Source: Candidatus Omnitrophota bacterium (GTDB lineage: Bacteria; Omnitrophota; Gorgyraeia; Duberdicusellales; 4484-171). Taken from it: 64,000 nucleotides of DNA. Under the pieces are notes generated by a model, which worked only from the letters and a program-made list of their open reading frames with translations, was not told the DNA's origin and made no database searches. Positions 11,463-20,191 of this stretch are shown here, piece by piece. The stretch's first letter is position 1; the number at the start of each line of letters is the position of its first letter. The stretch spans positions 16,403 through 80,402 of the forward strand of contig JBDRIY010000058.1 of the NCBI GenBank assembly GCA_043815445.1, written 5' to 3'. A program made the position numbers and the translations under genes.

Positions 11463-11864
11463 ATGGAAGAAAAGAAAATTGCAAAGTTATTAGAAAAAAT
11501 GAATGGTAATATTATCGAGTTGAATAATAAATTTACTGGATTAGATAACAAGGTTACTGGATTAGAAGAAGGACAAAAAGAACTTAAGGCAGGCCAATTA
11601 AGAATAGAAACTAGGCTGGGGAAAGTTGAAATCAGGCTGAAAAAGGTTGAAGATAAATTAGAAGCTACTTTTGTCCGGACAGGCAAAAATTTCGAAGAAA
11701 TTACCCAAATTAAAACCCAGTTAGAAAGCCTTGAAATAATTAAAAAAGACATACTAACTATTAAACATACCCTTAGAAAAAAGGCTGATTTAGAAGAACT
11801 ACAATCCTTAGAAAACCGCATGGCAATAGCAGAAAGACGATTAGCAAAATTCATCCACCATTGA
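11463..11864 (+). CDS. Coiled-coil protein (133 aa), function unknown.
   Basis: RBS AAGGAGG at 11452-11458. The sequence is heptad-rich (LEKMNGNIIELNNKFTGLDNKVTGLEEGQKELKAGQLRIETRLGKVEIRLKKVEDKLE...). Confidence 0.55.
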   Translation: MEEKKIAKLLEKMNGNIIELNNKFTGLDNKVTGLEEGQKELKAGQLRIETRLGKVEIRLKKVEDKLEATFVRTGKNFEEITQIKTQLESLEIIKKDILTIKHTLRKKADLEELQSLENRMAIAERRLAKFIHH

Positions 11865-12055
11865 CCTATCACGGGTTTTTCACCTTGAGGCGCATCTTGG
11901 AATTTTGCTCTATCTTCCTTCCAAATATGAAAAGAAAAATACCAATCCCCCTCTTCAAAGCCCAGCTTTTTAAAAACAACATTATTTAAGCGCCTTTTAA
12001 ATTCTCCTTGATTTCTCAATAAAGATATGTTATCTTTTGTATGAGGTGAATTATA

Positions 12056-12277
12056 ATGACTAAACTGGTTTCCGCTATTTACGAGCATGGGAATCTTAGG
12101 CTTATTAAACCGCTGAAACTGTCTGAACACCAGAAGGTGCTTATTGCTATTGCTGTTAGCAACGATGAGATACCTTCTATGCTCATCAGCAAACTCGCTG
12201 AGAAGTCGAAAAGTTTCCATTTCTTGACCAACCCTGAAGAAGATATTTATTCCCCCTCTGACGGAGAAAAAGTCTAA
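12056..12277 (+). CDS. DUF104-type (AbrB/SpoVT-like fold) antitoxin.
   Basis: MTKLVSAIYEHGNLRLIKPLKLSEHQKVLIAIAV. This matches the 'AIYENGVLKPLEPLxLxEG' signature of the DUF104 antitoxin family. A MazF gene follows 5 nt downstream. Confidence 0.6.
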   Translation: MTKLVSAIYEHGNLRLIKPLKLSEHQKVLIAIAVSNDEIPSMLISKLAEKSKSFHFLTNPEEDIYSPSDGEKV

Positions 12278-12281
12278 CTTT

Positions 12282-12629
12282 ATGAGCCTTAAACGCGGGG
12301 ATATCGTTCTTGTGCCTTTTCCTTTTACAGACTTAACCAGCACAAAGGTTCGTCCGGCAGTTATTATTTCAGCTGACCCCCAAAAAGAAGATATAGTTAT
12401 AGCCTTTATTTCCTCAGTAATTTCCAAGCCTGCCGGTAACACAGAATTTTTACTTACTTTAACCAATCCGGATTTTGCCTCTACCGGCCTTAAAAAAGAC
12501 TCTATATTTAAAATGGGTAAAGTTCTTACTCTTTCAACCGTCCTCATCCTAAGGCGCCTTGGACGCATATCTGCCAACATCCAAAAAGAATTAGACAATC
12601 TGCTCAAGAAAGCGCTGGAACTCACATAA
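12282..12629 (+). CDS. mazF: MazF/PemK-family endoribonuclease toxin.
   Basis: MSLKRGDIVLVPFPFTDLTSTKVRPAVIIS... This is the canonical RGDIVLVDFPFTDxSxxKxRPALVLS N-terminus of PemK/MazF. Confidence 0.8.
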   Translation: MSLKRGDIVLVPFPFTDLTSTKVRPAVIISADPQKEDIVIAFISSVISKPAGNTEFLLTLTNPDFASTGLKKDSIFKMGKVLTLSTVLILRRLGRISANIQKELDNLLKKALELT

Positions 12630-12649
12630 TTTACTATTCCCTGATTTTC

Positions 12650-13480
12650 CTTAGAAAAATAATACTCTTTTTTCACCGGCAAATTGATAGGATTTTCTTT
12701 CGTTTGAACAGAGGCCTGAGCAATAGCGGGGTTATCTTGGTTTGTGCCAATGGGTGAGCTGGGAATACTCGATCCTAGATACTCGATGCTCGATGCTCGT
12801 AAAATAAAAACATCCTTTTTTCCTTGCGGCGGTGAGGCTCCGCTATGTCTGTATCTATCTTCATCTTCAAAAGCAAACTTTTCAAAAACAACATTATTCA
12901 AAAATCTCTCTGCCTTTCCCTCAACTAAACTTTGTTTTGATACAAGTATGCCGGAGCTAGATTTTGTTTTAGAATTAACCTCCACCTTGTCATTCCCTCT
13001 ACCCGGCTCCTGCATTATAATAGCCAATTTTGCGTTGTTGAATTCAAAGCCATAGACGCTGTCTGGATATGATACAAGGAACTCTTCTTTTTCTACTTTA
13101 ATCTTTTGTATATCTTTACCATCCTTATCAGCTAAATAAGCTGTGAATGAACCTTGCCGGCAAAGAGAAATTTCCATTCTACCCTTTCCGTCTTTTATAT
13201 GCTTATGAGCGCTTTCTTTTCCCTTGGCTGTTTTTATACCTACTCCTATACCAGCGCTCCTTGGCGTAATCATTGCCATTTTTGAAGGCGAATACATACT
13301 GGATCTATGAATTACAGCCATTAAATTGCCTTTATCATCTCTATCATACTCAGGATAAGCCTCCAACCCCTCAAACCCCTGAGCTATCTTATCGTATATT
13401 TCAAGAAGAACCGGAGAGCTGGAATGACTGCGGCCGGTTTGAGTTGAATCTTTACTCTTTAGATAGGCTTTCTTGACAAA
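12650..13480 (-). CDS. Hypothetical protein. Minus-strand coding is supported by T-rich plus-strand composition and a protein-like translation. The boundaries are approximate.
   Basis: Reverse-complement translation ...MAVIHRSSMYSPSKMAMITPRSAGIGVGIKTAKGKESAHKHIKDGKGRMEISLCRQGSFTAYLADKDGKDIQKIKVEKEEFLVSYPDSVYGFEFNNAKLAIIMQEPGRGNDKVEVNSK... The two plus-strand track ORFs here (12744-13055, 13273-13476) look like shadows. The ORF ends with a PxxxKKEYYFS tail like the one at 6393-6410. Confidence 0.3.
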
Positions 13481-13558
13481 ATTACCTATACGTGGTAATG
13501 TTATTTTTATAATAACCTTTGAATTATTGTAAACAATAAAAATAATATAGAGGTATAA

Positions 13559-13828
13559 GTGCGGTTTCAAAGATACGAATAGGATGATGCAAATATAGAG
13601 CATATTAGCAGTCATAAAGTCATCCCACAGGAAATAGAAGAAGCTAATTTCAACGAACCTCTTGTAATGAGAGTAAGGGGTAATAGATATATTGTTTATG
13701 GACGTAGTGATAGTGGACGTTATATTTTTATTGTGACTATTCATAAAGGACAAGGGGTTGTGCGCGCTATTGCCGCCCGTGATATGACACAAGCTGAGCG
13801 CAGGCTTTATAATAAAAAGCGAGGTTAA
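13559..13828 (+). pseudogene. brnT: BrnT-family (DUF497) toxin interrupted by an in-frame amber codon (TAG 13580-13582).
   Basis: The translation (GTG start) is VRFQRYE*DDANIEHISSHKVIPQEIEEANFNEPLVMRVRGNRYIVYGRSDSGRYIFIVTIHKGQGVVRAIAARDMTQAERRLYNKKRG. This resembles BrnT (xRFEWDxxK...HGVSFEEA...). The stop falls about where the conserved Trp is, consistent with TGG to TAG. BrnA follows 3 nt downstream. Confidence 0.55.
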
Positions 13829-13831
13829 TCT

Positions 13832-14110
13832 ATGCCCAAAAAGATCCCCAAATTCAGGAGTGAATCCGAGGAAGCTAACTTTTGGGCCACCCATGATAGT
13901 ACTCCATTCTTGAAAGATATGAAGGAAGTCTCCAATATCCGGTTTCCTAAACCAAAGCATAAATCGCTTATCCTTGACCTTGAACAACCATATATAGAAG
14001 CCATCAAAAAGATTGCTAAAAAGAAACATATCCCCTATCACAATCTTATAGAAAGATGGATTAAAGAAAAAGCCCTCCCTAAAATGGCCGCTTCTACTAA
14101 TCTCGAATAA
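13832..14110 (+). CDS. brnA: BrnA-family antitoxin (ribbon-helix-helix).
   Basis: MPKKIPKFRSESEEANFWATHDSTPFLKDMKEVSNIRFPKPKHKSLILDLEQPYIEAIKKIAKKKHIPYHNLIERWIKEKA matches the BrnA signature (IPxFxSExEExEFWxTHDSTDY...). Confidence 0.75.
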   Translation: MPKKIPKFRSESEEANFWATHDSTPFLKDMKEVSNIRFPKPKHKSLILDLEQPYIEAIKKIAKKKHIPYHNLIERWIKEKALPKMAASTNLE

Positions 14111-14323
14111 CTTTTTCGAAACCAATTTTACGGCAGACAAATATTGCGTATAATCAAACAAATAAAAATCATTGTTATTTTTAATACAACTACGAAATCC
14201 TTCAAAACTCATATTATTAATGGATGAACTGTTCTCGTGAGAAAAGGTGTCTGTCCCCTTTTTTAAATAATTATCTTGATTTTCATTAGATGTATCTCTT
14301 TTTTTACGTCCCCTAATCTCTCC

Positions 14324-14352
14324 TTGACTCAATAACACTTGTATGTTATAGT
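14324..14352 (+). promoter_or_regulatory. Sigma-70-type promoter TTGACT-17 nt-TATAGT for antitoxin copy A2.
   Basis: TTGACT 14324-14329, 17-nt spacer, TATAGT 14347-14352, RBS AAGGAG at 14366-14371. The ATG is at 14378. Confidence 0.5.
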
Positions 14353-14377
14353 TTTTTTGTATAAGAAAGGAGAAAGA

Positions 14378-14629
14378 ATGTCTAATAAAATCACTTTGGA
14401 ATTGAATCCTAATCAAGTAAAATCTTTGGTAGAAAAACTTTCTATTCAAGAAAAAATACGCCTTTTGAAAAAACTCGAACAAGAAACTTGGGCAAAAAGA
14501 ATAGATAACGTAACCACAAAAATAAAAAAGAAATTTAAACAATACCCTCTGCCCAATAAAGAAATTACCCGTATTTGTAAAGAAACCCGCCAAAAAATCT
14601 ATAATGAAAGAACTAAAAGTCGTCATTGA
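14378..14629 (+). CDS. Antitoxin-like small protein, subtype A (copy A2).
   Basis: MSNKITLELNPNQVKSLVEKLSIQEKIRLLKKLEQETWAKRIDNVTTKIKKKFKQYPLPNKEITRICKETRQKIYNERTKSRH. It overlaps the PIN start by 26 nt. Confidence 0.75.
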   Translation: MSNKITLELNPNQVKSLVEKLSIQEKIRLLKKLEQETWAKRIDNVTTKIKKKFKQYPLPNKEITRICKETRQKIYNERTKSRH

Positions 14630-15017
14630 TTCTAACATTTTAGTAAGCATACTAAAGGGAAGCGTTTCTCTGTCAATAATATATACCGCTTTTAAAGAAA
14701 ACTCATTTAAACTAATCATAAGCGCTGAAATTCTAAAAGAATTAGCGTCTGTTTTATACCGTCCCCACTTAAAAATTAATCCTTCTGATATAAAAGAACT
14801 CTTCAGATTAATAAAAAATAAATCTATTCGCGTAAAATTGCCCACGCCATTCATCAACGCTTGCCGTGACCCTAAAGATAATTTTATATTAGAACTAGCT
14901 ATAACCGCCCAAGCGAGATTTATTATAACCGGCGATAAAGATTTACTTACTCTTTCTCCATTTAAAGGAATCTCTATCCTATCCGCTAAAGAATTTATCG
15001 CTTTCTTAAAAAAATAA
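14604..15017 (+). CDS. PIN-domain ribonuclease toxin (137 aa).
   Basis: MKELKVVIDSNILVSILKG...ITGDKDLL. This has the PIN-family conserved acidic residues and is full length. It is a paralog of 30411-30833. Confidence 0.8.
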   Translation: MKELKVVIDSNILVSILKGSVSLSIIYTAFKENSFKLIISAEILKELASVLYRPHLKINPSDIKELFRLIKNKSIRVKLPTPFINACRDPKDNFILELAITAQARFIITGDKDLLTLSPFKGISILSAKEFIAFLKK

Positions 15018-15020
15018 CCC

Positions 15021-18000
15021 TCCGGAGAACTTCTCACATCTCCAATCTCCAAGAACAAAACACTTAATTGTTGGCTTTTTACCTGAATTTTTTCAATTAG
15101 GTGTTCTGTCCCCTTAATTATCCCCTTAATTATCCCCTTAATTACAGAAAACAGAAGCTTCCCCTTTTCTACTCCGCCTGCTTCTACGGCAGATGAATAG
15201 ATAGCATTAGAATGCCTATTTTTCTGCGCCAAAAAATACTTTCCTCCGTTCTCACTAACAACATTTATATATGGACAAGTTAATGGTTTACTTAAATCTA
15301 TCAAATAAAAATCCTTTTTTGTTGAACTGCTAGGCTTTACAAGTTCTCCACTAACCGCAGAACTCTGCGCCAATAAAGATGTCAATGAAAACATGAAACC
15401 ATCTATATCCTTAATTACACACCTCTTGTCTAAATAATCTCTTATAGCGTAGTAAAAAAACGAAGATAAATTTCCTCCTTCAACAGCGGGCTTGCCGGTA
15501 ATGCTCTTTATAAACCGGCAAAGATAATTAAACTCTTGTTTTTGAACTTGGCCAAATCTTGAAACGAGATCGACAAAATTAAAAGTTCCAGAAAGTTTAA
15601 GCACATCTACAGGATTATCATTTATGTACCTATCCAAAGATTGCCCTTTCTCTTCTAATGATTTCATAATACTAATTCCAGGAAATAAAAATACTGAATG
15701 GATAGGAACCAAATCAGGAATAGAAACTCTTGCTTGATTTTTTAAATCATCTTTTCCCCACCACAAAACTTTAGATTTTTCTAAACGTTTCACTTTGCTA
15801 AAATACGGCCGAGCCACCTTACCATCCGGAAACGGCATATCTTTACATAAAATATCTTCCATTATCAAAAATTGCGTTTCCGCAGTAAGAGAAACTATTC
15901 CCTTTTGAACACCTGAAGCAATGAAACCATACAAATCTTTATGAATCCTCAAAATCAATTCCCTATCTTGAACAGTTGCCTTTAAAACTAAATAATGACT
16001 ACTTTGCTCAAACCTAATAATTGCTGAAGACCCTGCCCCACCCGACACCTGAACTTTTATCGGTTTTGCTTCTCCAACACAAGAAGGAAACTGCTGATTA
16101 CCTTTCTTAATCAAATCTTGTTTATCTTCCAATATTTTCTTTAAAATTGGCTCAATCTTTAATACAACAAGATTGACAAGACGTTCTTCATAATCTCTTG
16201 TAAGAGAAATATCTCTGCTGGATATGAGGAATATGCAGTTCATACTAATATCTGGGAAATTATTAAAATCTATCGGGCTGGATTTTAGGAAAGATATTAG
16301 CGCTCTCGTCATATTGACAGTATGTTCATTGAAAATGCGAGTGGTTAAGGAAAAATGTATAATTATCCACTGATATTTCTTTTGCTTCGCCCATGATTTA
16401 TAGATTCCATAAGATAACGTGCTTAATTCACTAAACAAACCAAGGCCGATCATAGCCTGGTACGGATTTACTAAAGGCGTAAATTTTCCTGCCGCGGCAA
16501 ATTTAGCGTAATTACGGCCGGTTGGTTTTATCTCTTTGTCCGTAAACTTATCTATTAAATCCGCAATACTCCAATTATTATTTCGCAAAATCCGCACGAT
16601 ACTCCCCTCTTCTATCTTTACAATGCTTCGAAAACATCCCATAAAAAGAACATCATCGTCTAAAACAATATTCAAACGCCGCGTTAAATCCTTAATCTGT
16701 TCAAAAGCGAAAGCCGCTTTACTTCTTTTAAAATAACTGATTGCTGTCTGGTTGAGATCACATCCAAATAAATAGTATCTTTTTCTAACATCTTCAATGA
16801 ATTCATCTACTGCCTTAAAAGCTATAATAACATCCGTATAACTCGCGTTAAAAGAAAGATACTTTGCCAATTTCTTATGCCATTTAATAATATTCAGCTG
16901 GCCGGAATATAACTCTCTTAAAAATAACTCCCTGTATTGTTCAAAAACATTAGCTTTGCCGTTTACTTGTTTAATTACTTTAAGTCTACGGCCTCCCCCT
17001 AACCATGCCCCTGCCTCTTGCTGCAAAACATACTCACATCTAGCAAAATATTCTTTTAATATACGGCGTACGCGCTGTCTTGAAAGGTTCCATTTTTTAG
17101 CAAGATCCTCCGGCGCTTTTCCTTTAATAAACCAGGCAAAAAATATTTTTTTATTCCTGATTATTTTCTCACCGCTATGACTAATTGTTTTAGATAAATG
17201 ACTGTTTAAAATCATTTTTATTCTTTTCTTTTCTTTAATAGTATATTCTTTCTCTATAAAGGCTGGCGCGGATTTTTCATAAAGATTACCTCCACTATTC
17301 TTTATGCAATTAGCATATATAAATTCTATGTTCTCTTCTTCATGCAAATTTTCCGGCGAATATTTTTCGATCCTCTTAACATACCGAATACAGGAGTTTC
17401 TAATCGCTTGTAAAAAATAATTTCTCACTTTAGCATTATATTGTCTATTTTTCTCTTCATCAAATAACTCGATGGCTCTAACTAACCCTCCTCTTCCGAT
17501 ATTATTACCATAAGTTCCTATTTGTATTAAATCATTTAGCTGAAGATTTAACCGGCGATTTTTACGAAGAATCCGCCGGGCCGTATTTTTTACTAAATAC
17601 GCGTTCATTATAAGCAATGTTTCTCTTGCTTCTAAACTGCCTTTTTGAACTAATCTAAGCAACTCTAAATTCTCTTCTTCTGTGAGCGCCCTTGGTAGCG
17701 ATATAACAGTTCGATCTATTACTTTAATATCCGGCAAAATTTCTTTTATTCCATTCCACCCCATATATTTTCCTACCCATGGCCCTTTACCTTTTTTAAA
17801 TGAAGCAATACCGGCTTTCTTAATAATCCTGCTCCACGGCCTTGATGCCCGGGCCCTTACCACCCAAGGATATCCTTCTCGTATCCACTGTGTTGAATTC
17901 CCCGGGTCAGTAATTCCGGGCGGTGGTTTTCTTAGTAAGGCAATAATTTGTTTTTGGGAATATTTTGCTCGTGAAGTACTCTGGGAAATTACCGGACTGC

Positions 18001-19456
18001 TTGAGGGTGGGGCCTGCTGGCGGCGGGATTCTGTGGATTGCTCTACTGTCCGGTATCCTGCATTTTGAGACTTTGCCATAAGCATTATTCTTTTTACTAT
18101 TGCTCTATTAGAAATATTTAAACTACGGGCTGTTGCTCTAAGATTATTTTTTTTCTGTTGATATATATCAAGAACATCTTGCCACAAATCAAATATGCTG
18201 ACTATTTTTTCACAGCTAAGCTTTATCTTAAACCAAACATAACATTTACTCTGTAAACCTTTTAACCCTTCGCTTTCCAGGATTTTCCCTACTTCTTCCC
18301 TGTTTATTTTCTTGTGTGGCGGTATTGTATAAATATTTACGGATTCCCCTTCGGTTTTAAGCTTTTCTTCGTTAATTTCGGGAAACACGCCTATAATACT
18401 CTCGATTATTTTTAAAGGTTTATCTTTATTAGACATATTCAATTTCAATATTTTTGCTATCTCACGAAGTATATCCGCCCGTTGATACTCAAATAAAGCG
18501 TAAAATCTATACCCCTCGCAAATAACCGTAACAATCTTCTCCTTAATAAGAAAAGCGGCTTCCCTATAATGTATTCCATGGAATCTTTTTACTAACCCTG
18601 GAAGCCCTTTTATCCCATATATATTTATAAGTTCCTTTTTTATTTCTTCTGAAAAATTATTATCCCCCGGCGACAATGAGATATTAAGTTCTGTCCGCAA
18701 AGAATCAAAAACAGCGGATATGGGGGCCGCCAAATCACTTCTTAAAAAATTAAAGTAATGCAAAATTACTTGTTTATATTCTTTATTACCGAAAATTAAT
18801 TTATATATTCCGTCAAACATTTTTCCAAATTTATCCGGAAAACCAAGCCCGTTTATAGCCTGATACGGTTTTACCAAAGATGTTAGTTTACCCTTTGTTA
18901 TAAACTGCGTGTAATTTTTTCCATTAGCCTTTATTGTTCTCGTAGTGTTTTCCTCTATCAACAATGAGATATTCCAGCTATTTTTTTGTAAAAACTGCAA
19001 TATATCCTCTTTTGTTTTTCCTACAACATCCAAAAGACATCCTTCAAAATAACTATTATCATCTAAGCCAATATTTAACTGTTTAATCAATCTTTTTACG
19101 CGGTCATAGGTTGTTCTTCTGTTATCAGTTCTAAAATAACTAACCCCTATATATACTAACCTGCCTCCAAGCATATAATAACGCTTTCTAAAATCATTGC
19201 TAAATTCATCTTCCATCCTAAAAGCTCTAACCATATCCGCGTCCGTTGCCCTTGCCGGCCAATACTGGGCTAATTTTTTTCGCCATTGGCCAATATCCAA
19301 TTTCCCTGTACGCGTTTCCTTTAAAATCCGCTCTCTGTAGTATACAAAAACACTGCATTGAAAGAGCTCAGCCGATACCTCTCTATCATTATTAAGGCTT
19401 ATACAACGCCAAACTTTTTTGTCCATACTCTCAATACAACCAATTATTACTTGCAT
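15021..19456 (-). CDS. Giant protein (~1470 aa) with two copies of a ~260-aa domain flanking an embedded sigma-70-like module (region 2 and region 4 HTH).
   Basis: ATG at 19456 (phase 2). I verified by reverse complement that 17461-17640 encodes SLEARETLLIMNAYLVKNTARRILRKNRRLNLQLNDLIQIGTYGNNIGRGGLVRAIELFDEEKNRQYNAKVRNYFLQAIRNS. This is the sigma-70 region 2.1-2.4 pattern DLIQEGxxGLxxAxxKFDxxxGxxFSTYAxxWIRQAI. About 17040-17160 encodes IFFAWFIKGKAPEDLAKKWNLSRQRVRRILKEYFARCE, a region 4-like HTH. The duplicated flanking domains are W(R/H)KKLAxY...KRYY(M/L)(L/F)G...NNWSI(A/S)...GK(L/F)T(S/P)LV(K/N)PYQA(I/M)(N/I)GLG. The phase was checked at 15022 and 19454. The 3' end is approximate. Confidence 0.5.
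15111..15146. repeat. Perfect 3 x 12-nt tandem repeat (ccccttaattat).
   Basis: Direct reading. On the minus strand it encodes IKGIIKGIIKG inside the 3' end of the giant ORF. Confidence 0.7.
17040..17640 (-). other. Sigma-70-like segment (region 2 at ~17461-17640, region 4 at ~17040-17160) embedded in the giant ORF.
   Basis: See the parent feature. The motifs were verified codon by codon on the reverse complement. Confidence 0.6.
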
Positions 19457-19685
19457 TTCATTAAAGAAGCTGTTGTTAGAATCTGAAGGCGGCAAAGCCG
19501 GGCCGCTGCCGGAGATGTGGATTATAAAAATATATGGGGAGTTATTAAGATCTATCAGGCTGGATTTTGGGAAAACTAGAAACGTCTCCTTTTTTACCTC
19601 TCTTGCTTTTTTCAAGCTGAAATCAAGTTTATTGACACCTTCGCGGGAAAATGTTATATTTAAATTGTCCAAATAAGGAGGCTGT

Positions 19686-19913
19686 ATGTTAAGACATTTT
19701 AAAATAGTTATTGAAGAGGAGCCTTTAGGAGGCTTTTCCGTACATGTTCCATCGCTTTCTGGTTGTGCTACCCAAGGTGAAACACTAAAAGAAGCAATAT
19801 CTAACGCCGAAGAAGCTATCAAGCTGTATCTTTGGTCATTACAAGATGATGGTATTTCTATACCCAAATCTGATATGCGGGTAGTATTGAAAGATATCGA
19901 AGTATCTGTATGA
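19686..19913 (+). CDS. hicB: HicB-family antitoxin (UPF0150).
   Basis: MLRHFKIVIEEEPLGGFSVHVPSLSGCATQGETLKEAISNAEEAIKLYL is the typical HicB N-terminal RNase H-like fold signature. It overlaps the HicA start by 4 nt. Confidence 0.75.
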   Translation: MLRHFKIVIEEEPLGGFSVHVPSLSGCATQGETLKEAISNAEEAIKLYLWSLQDDGISIPKSDMRVVLKDIEVSV

Positions 19914-20143
19914 CGAAACTGCCCCAAACTTCCGGAAAAGAAGCTATCCGTGCTCTCCAAAAAGCTGATTTCTTCATCAAGCGTCAAAGCGGTTCCCATG
20001 TAATAATGAGGCATTCCACCGACCTCACCCGGCGCTGTATTGTCCCTGTCCACGGTTCTAGAACTATAAAACCCGGCACCCTCCACTCTATCCTCAAAGG
20101 CGCCGCCATCTCCATAGAAGAATTCATCAGCCTGCTTAAATAA
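19910..20143 (+). CDS. hicA: HicA-family mRNA interferase toxin.
   Basis: SGKEAIRALQKADFFIKRQSGSHVIMRH...IVPVHGSRTIKPGTLHSILKGAAISIEEF is the canonical HicA/YcfA motif. Confidence 0.8.
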   Translation: MTKLPQTSGKEAIRALQKADFFIKRQSGSHVIMRHSTDLTRRCIVPVHGSRTIKPGTLHSILKGAAISIEEFISLLK

Positions 20144-20191
20144 AAGAATTTCATAAACTTCGGGCGTCTTTTCCTTCAACAAATTCGCAAT

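Noticed and set aside
12282-15017. Long minus-strand open frames running antisense through the MazF, BrnTA and PIN genes, as overlapping genes.
   Set aside because: The openness is explained by the T-poor sense strand. The translations are junk-like, for example IINIPFFNYNVNINVVF over promoter antisense.
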